Source of the DNA: a bacterium
Lineage (GTDB): Bacteria; Hinthialibacterota; Hinthialibacteria; Hinthialibacterales; Hinthialibacteraceae
Direction: 5' to 3'
NCBI GenBank assembly: GCA_963662285.2
Contig: CAXXMV010000008.1
Location: 416,001 to 480,000 of the forward strand
Length of the DNA: 64,000 bases
Of the stretch, positions 18,645 to 27,598 are shown piece by piece. Both the position numbers and the translations under genes were made by a program. The stretch's first letter is position 1; each line of letters starts with the position of its first letter. The notes under the pieces were generated by a model that did no database searches, was not told where the DNA came from, and worked only from the letters and a program-made list of their open reading frames with translations.

Positions 18645-19832
18645 ATGGTAAAAAAAACAGTCTGGAAATCATTCATCAAAAAAAGGTTAGGCATTGCGCA
18701 AGAAGAAGACGCCTACCGCAGCCTTAGAGTCTTCGACTCGTTCCAGCCGGGATATCTTATTCGAGGGGAAAAGAAATTCCTCAACCTATGCTCTAACGAT
18801 TACTTAGGATTATCAGCTAATCAAGAGAGTATGGATGAAGGAAAAGTACTGGCCGATATCTTGCCCATCGGTTCGGGCGCATCCCGCTTGGTTACCGGTA
18901 ACCTGGCCATTCATAAAGAGTTGGAACGAATACTGGCGGAGTGGAAAGGCGCCGAAGCGGCGCTGGTATTTGCGTCAGGCTACCAAACCAATACGGGAGT
19001 CATAACCGCTCTGGCAGGCAAAGGCGACGTAATATTCGCCGATAAACTAAACCATGCATCGCTGATCGACGGATGCCTTTTATCCGGCGCTGTTTTCCAT
19101 CGGTACCAGCATAATGACATGGATGATTTGCGTTCTCTGTTGCAGAGCAAGCGCGGCAAGAAAAAGATTATCATCACCGACGGCGTCTTCTCTATGGATG
19201 GCGATATCGCTCCATTAAACGAATTAGTTGAATTAGCGAAACAATTTGGCGCATTATTATTAATCGATGACGCACACGGAACCGGAGTACTTGGCCCCGA
19301 CGGCGCCGGAAGCCTATCCCATTACGGCATCCCCTGGGATGAGAACATAATCCTGATGGGAACGCTGAGCAAAGCAATCGGATGCCAGGGCGGCTTCATC
19401 TGCGCCACGCAGGATATTATTGATTATCTCGTCAACTTTTGCCGCTCATTCATCTACTCCACCGGACTCTCGCCCTGGATCGCGGCCATGGCTCATTTCA
19501 ATATCTGCCGCATCCGCACCGAAAAAGATATTTTGAAACAATCACGCCAATCAATTTCTATAATGCAACGGTCATTACGCAAGATGGGTATAGAAGTTAA
19601 TGATTATCCAACCCCCATCATTCCCATAATGCTGGGCGAAAGTAAACGCGCTTTGAGATGCGCCGACGCCCTGCTTCAAAATGACATTGTCGCCGCCGCC
19701 ATTCGACCCAAGACAGTACCAGAAGGAACTGCGCGTATCAGGCTCTCGGTTTGCGCCGCGCACCGGGACAGTGATTTAAAGAAAGCCGCCCGGATTCTGG
19801 CTGATATTCTGGGCAGCGAAGAAATGGCGTAA
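18645..19832 (+). CDS. bioF: 8-amino-7-oxononanoate synthase
   Basis: SNDYLGL, GSGASRLVTG, DKLNHASLIDG, DGVFSMDGD, DDAHG, GTLSKA (PLP lysine), IRP-TVP-GTARIR. Confidence 0.92.
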   Translation: MVKKTVWKSFIKKRLGIAQEEDAYRSLRVFDSFQPGYLIRGEKKFLNLCSNDYLGLSANQESMDEGKVLADILPIGSGASRLVTGNLAIHKELERILAEWKGAEAALVFASGYQTNTGVITALAGKGDVIFADKLNHASLIDGCLLSGAVFHRYQHNDMDDLRSLLQSKRGKKKIIITDGVFSMDGDIAPLNELVELAKQFGALLLIDDAHGTGVLGPDGAGSLSHYGIPWDENIILMGTLSKAIGCQGGFICATQDIIDYLVNFCRSFIYSTGLSPWIAAMAHFNICRIRTEKDILKQSRQSISIMQRSLRKMGIEVNDYPTPIIPIMLGESKRALRCADALLQNDIVAAAIRPKTVPEGTARIRLSVCAAHRDSDLKKAARILADILGSEEMA

Positions 19833-19869
19833 CAACACAATATATAACCAAGTCTCTAGGAGAAAATTA

Positions 19870-21243
19870 ATGATAAATAACACCTCAATTGAGCCATGCC
19901 TACTTCAGCCGAAACTTGAACAGCTCTTTGAGTTATCCGGAAAAAAAATCCTGCTAATAGAAAAAAACTGGGATCAAACCAAAGGCACGCCCGTCTTTAC
20001 GGATCATGGAACCTATACCACCCGTGGTTGGACCGAATGGACCCAGGGATTTCAATATGGCTCAGCCATCCTGCAATTCGACGTTACCGATGATGAGCAA
20101 TTCCTGGAGATCGGACGCCGCAACACTATCCAACGCATGGCGCCTCATGTATCGCATATCGGGGTGCATGATCATGGCTTTAATAATATTTCCACCTACG
20201 GCAATTTACGCCGCTTGATGAATCAAGGCCGCATCTCCGAAAATGAATGGGAACGTAATTTCTATGACTTGGCCTTAAAAGTATCCGGCGCCGTGCAAGC
20301 CGCACGCTGGTCTGACACAGCCTATGAATCAGGCTATATATACTCATTCAACGGGCCGCACTCGCTCTTTGTCGACACCATACGATCAGTCAGAATCCTC
20401 AGTTTAGCTCACCAACTCGGTCATGTACTGATGGGCGAAGGCGACAAACCTATCTCATTGCTCGACCGGGGCATCCAACATGCGCGCAGCACCGCAAGGT
20501 TCAGCATCTATTATGGTAAAGGGCGCGACTCCTACGACGTTCGCGGACGCGCAGTTCATGAATGCATCTTCAACTGCAATGATGGACAGTTCCGCTGCCC
20601 CAGCACCCAGCAGGGCTACGCCCCCTTCTCTACCTGGACGCGCGGCCTGGCCTGGGCTATTACCGGATTCGCCGAAGAGATTGAGTTTATTGCATCACTG
20701 CCTGATGCTGAGTTGGAACCATTGGGCGGCAAATCAGCCATACTCGAAGTTTATCTCGAAGCAGCCCGCGCCACATCCGACTTTTATATCGAGAACACTC
20801 CTACCGACGGCATACCCTATTGGGACGCAGGAGCGCCGGGACTTGTTCACCTGGGCGATTACCTAAACCGTAAGTCTGATCCCTATAATGATAATGAACC
20901 CATTGACAGCTCCGCCGCCGCCATCGCCGCGCAGGGAATGATCCGCCTGGGCAAATATCTCAAATCACAGGGATTGAATGATGAAGGCGAAAAATATTAC
21001 CAAGCCGGTTTGACCGTGGCCGACGCTCTGTTTGACCAACCATATCTGTCAACCGACGATAACCATCAGGGTTTGATACTTCATTCGATCTACCATAAAC
21101 CCAATGGATGGGATACTATCCCCCAAGGAAGTAAGATACCCAATGGAGAATCATCCATGTGGGGCGACTATCATGCGCTGGAACTGGCGGTTCTAATCTC
21201 GCGCATGGCGCAGGGAAAACCTTATTTGACATTTTTCTCTTAA
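19870..21243 (+). CDS. Glycoside hydrolase family 88-like (unsaturated glucuronyl hydrolase-like)
   Basis: WTEWTQGF, HDHGF, QGY...STWTRGLAW, PYWD, DSSAAAI, WGDY motifs. Confidence 0.82.
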   Translation: MINNTSIEPCLLQPKLEQLFELSGKKILLIEKNWDQTKGTPVFTDHGTYTTRGWTEWTQGFQYGSAILQFDVTDDEQFLEIGRRNTIQRMAPHVSHIGVHDHGFNNISTYGNLRRLMNQGRISENEWERNFYDLALKVSGAVQAARWSDTAYESGYIYSFNGPHSLFVDTIRSVRILSLAHQLGHVLMGEGDKPISLLDRGIQHARSTARFSIYYGKGRDSYDVRGRAVHECIFNCNDGQFRCPSTQQGYAPFSTWTRGLAWAITGFAEEIEFIASLPDAELEPLGGKSAILEVYLEAARATSDFYIENTPTDGIPYWDAGAPGLVHLGDYLNRKSDPYNDNEPIDSSAAAIAAQGMIRLGKYLKSQGLNDEGEKYYQAGLTVADALFDQPYLSTDDNHQGLILHSIYHKPNGWDTIPQGSKIPNGESSMWGDYHALELAVLISRMAQGKPYLTFFS

Positions 21244-21262
21244 AAATAAGGTTGGGGATATC

Positions 21263-21300
21263 AACCCCCTCTTGAATTCTCCCCCAACTTGGGGGCTGAT
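21263..21300. repeat. REP-like palindrome, C-rich/G-rich family, copy 2
   Basis: aaccccctcttgaattctcccccaacttgggggctgat; close to the reverse complement of 23759..23794. Confidence 0.6.
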
Positions 21301-21628
21301 CTTCACCCTTAAGTTTTGTTTTTATTAATGGCTATGAAGACAGCAATACGGGCGCCAAGGGCAGCGTTCTTTCTGCCCTTGATCGAAAACTATTGATAAA
21401 CGGACGAATTCTAATGATAATCACGTTTTTATAATGAATTATTAACACATTAATACATTTATTGAAAAATTTGTAGTTAATCATGATTATATCTTTTGAG
21501 TGGAACATAGATAAAGATTATTGAAATTACATAGGTAAACTGGATCAAGGGCAGAAAATACACTGCCCTTGGCACCCAATATTATCCTATATTCGGTCAA
21601 TCCGAAACTCCATGCAGGAGGCTCGATA

Positions 21629-22390
21629 ATGAAACGTTTTATCCTGAGCATTCTTATTGCAATTACCGTAATTCCAGTCGTTAACAGCGCATCGAATGTC
21701 CGTAATGCAGACGTTCCGGTTATCTCGACGATGTTGGAGCAGCGTGATGGAACGCGCATAAAACTATCATTCCTCGCATTGCACTGGGATGCGGAAATGA
21801 TCAATAACATGAAAGCATCTAAAGAGATGCGCGACTACTATAACGCCAATATCATGCCCAAGATGGGTATTCTTGAAACTAATATCAGGATAAAATTCGG
21901 TCCTCGTTATCAAATCGAACCGGGGCAATATTTCCTTGGTTTGAGGATGAGCGAACCAATTGAGGCCAATAAAGAACCAGCATGGTGGCTGCTGATATCC
22001 AATGAACAGATGACTCTCATTGATATTCCACTTAATATAATTATTGCTGAACATGACACGCCGCACCTATGCTTTATGTTTTCTCCCGGCATTACTGACC
22101 GTGATTTCATGTTCAACATGATGTATGGCAACCTCATGGCCTCAGTCCGGTGGACTATATCTGGAATACCATCAATGACCATGCCATCAGAATCAAAAGA
22201 GAACGCCGCCTGGAAACTACCAAAACCCGGTCAGGAAAGCATTCAAACGTCGGATGTTCTGAATGATAATGCTCAATTAACGCCTCAAGCCATTCGTCCA
22301 ACGCCAACTCCAGCCAAAACCAAAGCAAAAGCGGGCAGTGGATCATTACGATACTTGAAAGATCAAAAAGATAAAGAAAACCAAAATTAA
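21629..22390 (+). CDS. Secreted hypothetical protein, DUF2911-like
   Basis: AGGAGG RBS before ATG 21629; signal peptide; LETN..IKFG...IEPGQYFLGL pattern; PTPTP tail. Confidence 0.65.
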   Translation: MKRFILSILIAITVIPVVNSASNVRNADVPVISTMLEQRDGTRIKLSFLALHWDAEMINNMKASKEMRDYYNANIMPKMGILETNIRIKFGPRYQIEPGQYFLGLRMSEPIEANKEPAWWLLISNEQMTLIDIPLNIIIAEHDTPHLCFMFSPGITDRDFMFNMMYGNLMASVRWTISGIPSMTMPSESKENAAWKLPKPGQESIQTSDVLNDNAQLTPQAIRPTPTPAKTKAKAGSGSLRYLKDQKDKENQN

Positions 22391-22425
22391 GAAAACCAAG
22401 AGAAAGAGGATAACTAAGTTATTAC

Positions 22426-23742
22426 ATGAGCAAAAAAAATAAGAAACTAAATCAAACTGGAAGCAAATCACTCTTCAGCGAAAAAGAGAATGCTATAATT
22501 CTTGAGGAACTAAAAGATAAGGACGCCTATCAACGCAATCTTCCCCTTCTTCTTACTCTTCTGAAAGACAGTCCTAACCTGCGCTCCATCAGGATCAATC
22601 CTTTCCAGGTTATGATGGTGATGGAAAGCCGGCACCGCACCGTGATGGCCAATGCATCATTAGGCGGACAGCCTGTCCCGGACGAGCAATTTATTGATAT
22701 GGTTGTGCAGGATTTCGCTGATCAACTCAATCCCGAAGCTCTGCTGGATAGTCTGATGCCTATCGCCAAGCAAACCAAGATCAAACGTGAAAAACGCGTA
22801 TTGCTCTGGGCGACTGGTGAAATCATCGCCACTATTGCGGAAAACAAGTCATGCCGCGAATCCGCCGCTATCCGTACCATCGTGCTTTCTTCCGTGCAAC
22901 ATTCCATGGGGCTTTCTCATCATGCCTCCAATTTCATTCATGAGAAAGAGCCATTTAAATTCAATTACAAACAGGTTCTGGATGACTCTTTGACCGATGA
23001 AAATTGGGAGGAACTACTTAATTTATCCCAGGAATATGAGCCGGATTTCACCTTTTCCATGTCCCAACATGCCAATTCTCTCTTTCAGGGAATCAAAAAA
23101 CCATTCGGTCTACGCTTTCATCGAGTTATCAGATATGCTTCAGCAGCACAAGGCAAACAACGCAGCATTCTGTTACCCGGAGAAACCAGCATCCCTAAAA
23201 ATGATGAGAATGAAGAAGAAATACAACGCCGTATGGTTGGAGGTTTATTGGGAGATTTCTCTATTGCGCGACGTGTTGAATTCGCTAAAGAAGTTATCTC
23301 TTCAATTAAAACCGCTGCTTTTGGCGAATTAGAAGAGGATAAACTTTGTCCGTTTCTCAACGCCGTGGCTTATTGCTTCCTCTCACCGTTGCCCGCTAAT
23401 CCTTTCCTGATGCAGTTGTATCAAACCAGCGGCGAGAAGGCCGACCAGCTCAATCCTGATGATGAAAAAGAACTGATTATCGATATCAAAGGTTCTCCAA
23501 CTAACACCAAACTCTACCAGCGCTACGCCGAATTACTCGTCAACAAAGAAGAATACATGGGAGCGCTGCAAACCTATTTCTATCTTCAGGAATTGCTCGA
23601 AACGCCTGATCCCGCTTTCGATGAGATTATTGAAGACCTATTAGAGAAAGCAGGCAAAGCATTAGAGCAAGAGAAATCGAATACAGAGAAAACAGTACCA
23701 ACAGATGATGAAGCCGCGCCGAAATCCAGCATCATCATATAG
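22426..23742 (+). CDS. Hypothetical cytoplasmic helical protein, possible C-terminal TPR
   Basis: 438-aa ORF with GAGGA RBS; no family recognised. Confidence 0.75.
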   Translation: MSKKNKKLNQTGSKSLFSEKENAIILEELKDKDAYQRNLPLLLTLLKDSPNLRSIRINPFQVMMVMESRHRTVMANASLGGQPVPDEQFIDMVVQDFADQLNPEALLDSLMPIAKQTKIKREKRVLLWATGEIIATIAENKSCRESAAIRTIVLSSVQHSMGLSHHASNFIHEKEPFKFNYKQVLDDSLTDENWEELLNLSQEYEPDFTFSMSQHANSLFQGIKKPFGLRFHRVIRYASAAQGKQRSILLPGETSIPKNDENEEEIQRRMVGGLLGDFSIARRVEFAKEVISSIKTAAFGELEEDKLCPFLNAVAYCFLSPLPANPFLMQLYQTSGEKADQLNPDDEKELIIDIKGSPTNTKLYQRYAELLVNKEEYMGALQTYFYLQELLETPDPAFDEIIEDLLEKAGKALEQEKSNTEKTVPTDDEAAPKSSIII

Positions 23743-23758
23743 CCCTGGGATATAGTAT

Positions 23759-23794
23759 TCTCCCCCCAAGTTTGGGGGGAGTTAGAGGGGGGTT
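23759..23794. repeat. REP-like palindrome, C-rich/G-rich family, copy 3
   Basis: tctccccccaagtttggggggagttagaggggggtt. Confidence 0.6.
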
Positions 23795-23844
23795 GCGTTT
23801 AGACCAATCACCCCACTCCCGTTAAGATCACGGAATAAAAAATC

Positions 23845-24933
23845 ATGAACATAACACAATCAAAACCTATCTATCCGTTTCTGATTTTTTTCTATGTTTG
23901 TTGCCTGACGATTTTATCCCTGGGAGCATGGTCAACCGAACTATATCTGAACCATCTGGTGATCAACACAGATGAAAAATTCTCTTTTTACGCCACCGTA
24001 AAGGATGCGGTTGATTTACAATCCTACCAGTTGCGGCTCCACCTTCCCATGGAGACTATCGCCAAACTGGAGTCGATCCAACAACAGAACAACGCTTCTG
24101 CGGTTTATGAGAGTTTTGAAATTGACAGTGAATATGATGAGGCGCTCAAATCTGTGGTTTGGATCGTTTCGGGGAAATTCCAACAACCCATTTCGGGAAC
24201 CACAATTCTCTTCAAAGCCAACGCGCAGGCTGCGGCCAAAGCTGGTTTCAGCGATATTGGAGTAGCCGTAGCCAGTGGAGAACTGCAAGACGCTTTCATA
24301 CACGGCGGATCGATTTATGTGTTGGATCAAAGCTGGCCCTGGTTCGATCTTCAGATCAACTACCGCAATGCGTTTCACCGGTTTGATTTCGATAACAGCG
24401 GCAAGGTTGATAAGAAAGATATCTTATTCTTCTCATCCTCTTGGCATCAACAGTTTAACTCCGGCCTTCCCCAGGCGCCTACGCCAACTCCCAAGCCATC
24501 AGGCGTCGAACCAACCCCGACGCCAGTACAGGATAAACCAACCATAGAAGAGTTCATCGGAACCTGGACCTTCGATTTCCTGCATAACACCCTGATAGGC
24601 GTGGATGCGCACATAGTCTTTGACGCCGAAGTCAACGAGGATGGAGTCATCATCATCCAAGACCGCTACGCCAACCAGTATCTCGGTACGTATACCTATG
24701 CCGAAAGCGATGGAAAAATCAGCGGAGTGTTTATGATCGCCAATACCAATCCCCTGAATCCTGCGGAAAAAACCGACTATTTCGTAAACTTCGAAGGAGA
24801 AGCAGGCATCGGTAATTCCATCACCGGAACAGCCAAATTCTCCTACAACACCACCGACATCAAAGTAACCGGCTACGAATCATACGGTTTAACTCTAACC
24901 GACTCAGGCCGGTTTACTGCGATTAAGAAATAA
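23845..24933 (+). CDS. Secreted protein: cohesin-like domain, dockerin/EF-hand-like motif, PT linker, beta domain
   Basis: Signal peptide; FSFYATVKDAVDLQSYQLRL (cohesin-like); FDFDNSGKVDKKDILFFSSSWH; PTPTP linker. Confidence 0.7.
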   Translation: MNITQSKPIYPFLIFFYVCCLTILSLGAWSTELYLNHLVINTDEKFSFYATVKDAVDLQSYQLRLHLPMETIAKLESIQQQNNASAVYESFEIDSEYDEALKSVVWIVSGKFQQPISGTTILFKANAQAAAKAGFSDIGVAVASGELQDAFIHGGSIYVLDQSWPWFDLQINYRNAFHRFDFDNSGKVDKKDILFFSSSWHQQFNSGLPQAPTPTPKPSGVEPTPTPVQDKPTIEEFIGTWTFDFLHNTLIGVDAHIVFDAEVNEDGVIIIQDRYANQYLGTYTYAESDGKISGVFMIANTNPLNPAEKTDYFVNFEGEAGIGNSITGTAKFSYNTTDIKVTGYESYGLTLTDSGRFTAIKK

Positions 24934-25036
24934 AGTAGGTTGACAAAAAGTAGGATAAGACAAAGCGAAAGCGCCCCATCAAAACCACTTTGAGAATTAC
25001 TCAAAATCCTACGGGATTACTGTTTTCAGAATATGT

Positions 25037-25073
25037 AAAAACCGGGTGAAAGCGTTATGCTCTCACCCGGTTT
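25037..25073. terminator. Terminator between convergent genes
   Basis: AAAACCGGGTGA..TCACCCGGTTT hairpin. Confidence 0.75.
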
Positions 25074-25104
25074 ATTTTGATTACTTAATCAGAATGTCAG
25101 GCAA

Positions 25105-26202
25105 TTAAGGCTTCAAGTCTCCCGGTGAAATCTGAATAGCGCCGGCGTCTGGTGCGGCAGGAGCAGGCTTAGCTGCATGACGCACGCCCCATGCATCTTT
25201 ATCGATCACTGTTTCGATCTTTGCGCCTTCACGCAGTTTGTTGAGATATGCTTTATTGGCTTCCTGCAGTTTGATGTTTTCCAAATGGCCTTTTATTTTA
25301 TCGGTCCACTCAGCATCAAGCGTTGCTTCTTTGGCTGCGATCTTATCGGTTACTTTAATGATATGATAACCAAACTGGGTTTCTACGATATCGGATAAGA
25401 CGCCCACTTCGGCTTCGAAAGCTACTTTTTCAAATGGCGCGGCCATATCTCCCTTGCTAAATGGTCCTAAATCTCCCCCGGCGGCTTTACCGCTGGGACA
25501 ATCGGAATGTTCTTTGGCTGCATCCTCGAAAGTGACTTTTTTATCAAGGATATCTTTGCGGATGGTTTGTAGCTTTTCCTTGGCTATGGTTTTGTCAGCT
25601 GCGCTATCAGTAGCTTCGGTTTTGATCAGGATATGAGAAGCTTGCACCTTTTCTGGTTGAGCCATGCGGCTTTTATTTTCTTCAAAGAATTTCTTGATAT
25701 CTTCGTCTGTCACTTCTGCCGGCTTGGCGACTTCACTATCCAAAACCTTGGTATAGATCATGTCTTCCTTCATGCGCTCTTTAAGGGAATCCAATGTCAT
25801 GCCCTGCATGGTCAGGATTTGATTGAGTTTATCAACCGAACCGAAGCGTTTGATGATGCTGGCAATCTGCTCATCAACATCCTTATCCTCGACGACTATT
25901 TTCTTTTGCTGGGCGATTTCAACCAATAATTGTTTTTCAATAAGTCCGTTTAAGGCTTGATCATAAAGATAAACTTTCATTTGCTCGGCCATCTCTGGTC
26001 TTACAGGACGTCCACTGCCTTTGATCATGTTGTCGATTTCACTCAACAACTGCTGTTCTTTAATCTCTTTGCCGTTGACCTTGCATACTACGGCATCTTG
26101 ATCTGCTTTGGCTTGATCCTGGGCGAATCCAACTCCACATAGGAATGCAAACATAATGGAGGCCATAATGCAGGCGCAACTAACTCGACGAATAATTGAC
26201 AT
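25105..26202 (-). CDS. Parvulin-type peptidyl-prolyl isomerase (SurA/PrsA-like chaperone)
   Basis: ASHILI, FEDAAKEHSDCPS..GGDLG-F...M..PFE, VETQFGYHII; signal peptide; start re-assigned to ATG 26202 (AAGGAG RBS). Confidence 0.92.
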   Translation of the reverse strand: MSIIRRVSCACIMASIMFAFLCGVGFAQDQAKADQDAVVCKVNGKEIKEQQLLSEIDNMIKGSGRPVRPEMAEQMKVYLYDQALNGLIEKQLLVEIAQQKKIVVEDKDVDEQIASIIKRFGSVDKLNQILTMQGMTLDSLKERMKEDMIYTKVLDSEVAKPAEVTDEDIKKFFEENKSRMAQPEKVQASHILIKTEATDSAADKTIAKEKLQTIRKDILDKKVTFEDAAKEHSDCPSGKAAGGDLGPFSKGDMAAPFEKVAFEAEVGVLSDIVETQFGYHIIKVTDKIAAKEATLDAEWTDKIKGHLENIKLQEANKAYLNKLREGAKIETVIDKDAWGVRHAAKPAPAAPDAGAIQISPGDLKP

Positions 26203-26473
26203 CTTTTTCTCCTTATTAGATATTACGATATAGATTAAGCGTTGATCCACGCAACGCCTGCGAGAATCCGAAGGCGGGGGAGGACTTTTACTACGGATAA
26301 CTCCCAAGACTATCTTAATGGTTATGGAAGTCAAGTAGATGAATATACTACCCGGCTAGCAGCTCTAACAGGCTATGTTATACTGCATATTAAATTTTAT
26401 CCAGTAACATCAAAATACAATTAATCAGTTGTATCAATATGAACAAAAAAAACGTTTTTTGTTGGTGAATAAT

Positions 26474-27574
26474 ATGACAAATCAATCTTCTACAATTTCC
26501 GTTGGACTTGGTGAACGCAGTTACCAGATAACCGTTCAATCAGGACTGCTTGACAGTGTCGGCAAGCAGGCCAAATCGTTGGGATTGCAATCCCCGGTTC
26601 CCATTATTACCGATGATACGGTGGCTGGACTTTACGGCCAGCGGGTGAAAACATCGCTGGAGGAGGCGGGATATAAAAGCCGCATCATTTCTTTCCCGGC
26701 GGGCGAATCGTCCAAACACCTGCAATCCATCTCGCATATCTATGATGAGATGGTTGCACTAAAGCCAGAGCGTAAAAGCGGCGTCATCGCCCTGGGTGGA
26801 GGCGTTCCGGGAGACATGGCGGGATTCGTGGCTGCCACCTACCTGCGCGGCATCCGTTTCATCCAGGTTCCTACTACCCTGCTGGCCTTCGTCGATTCTA
26901 GCGTCGGTGGTAAAACCGGCATTGACCACCCCGGCGGCAAGAACCTGATCGGCGCTTTTCATCAACCCAGCGCCGTAATGATTGATCCCGAAACGCTTAA
27001 AACGCTTGATCCCCGTCAGGTGAAAGCGGGATTAGCCGAAATCATCAAGCATGGCGTTATCGCCGATGCGGAGTTATTCGACACCGTCAATAACTCATTG
27101 GATAAATTGAAAGCGATTGACCTAAACGAATATTGCAAGATCATCCCCTGGAATTGCCGTATCAAAGCGGATGTGGTGGAGCAGGATGAAAAAGAGAGCG
27201 GCATCCGCGCCATCTTGAATTTCGGGCACACCTTCGGACATGCAATAGAAATGCTGACTGGTTTTGAAACATACCTACATGGCGAAGCAGTGGCTATAGG
27301 TATGCTAATGGAAGCCCAACTGGGCGTTCGTCTGGGCATCACTCCAATAGAGACGGTAAACCAAATCCGTGACATACTCATCAAGACAGGATACTCCATC
27401 TCCAAACCGGATATATCCACCGACCAGATGATGGACAGCATGTTCCTCGATAAAAAGGTGGAGAAAGGCAAATTACGTTTTATCATCCCCACCACCATCG
27501 GGGATGTTGTGATACATGCCATAGAAGATATTGAAGCCGTACGTCAAACTTGGAATGAATATAACGAAGATTAA
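26474..27574 (+). CDS. aroB: 3-dehydroquinate synthase
   Basis: GESSK, ALGGGVPGDMAGF, QVPTTLLA-VDSSVGGKT, KNLIGAFHQP, LNFGHTFGHAIE, HGEAVAIG, DKK. Confidence 0.96.
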   Translation: MTNQSSTISVGLGERSYQITVQSGLLDSVGKQAKSLGLQSPVPIITDDTVAGLYGQRVKTSLEEAGYKSRIISFPAGESSKHLQSISHIYDEMVALKPERKSGVIALGGGVPGDMAGFVAATYLRGIRFIQVPTTLLAFVDSSVGGKTGIDHPGGKNLIGAFHQPSAVMIDPETLKTLDPRQVKAGLAEIIKHGVIADAELFDTVNNSLDKLKAIDLNEYCKIIPWNCRIKADVVEQDEKESGIRAILNFGHTFGHAIEMLTGFETYLHGEAVAIGMLMEAQLGVRLGITPIETVNQIRDILIKTGYSISKPDISTDQMMDSMFLDKKVEKGKLRFIIPTTIGDVVIHAIEDIEAVRQTWNEYNED

Positions 27575-27598
27575 ATAAAACAATTGGAGAAAAATATT

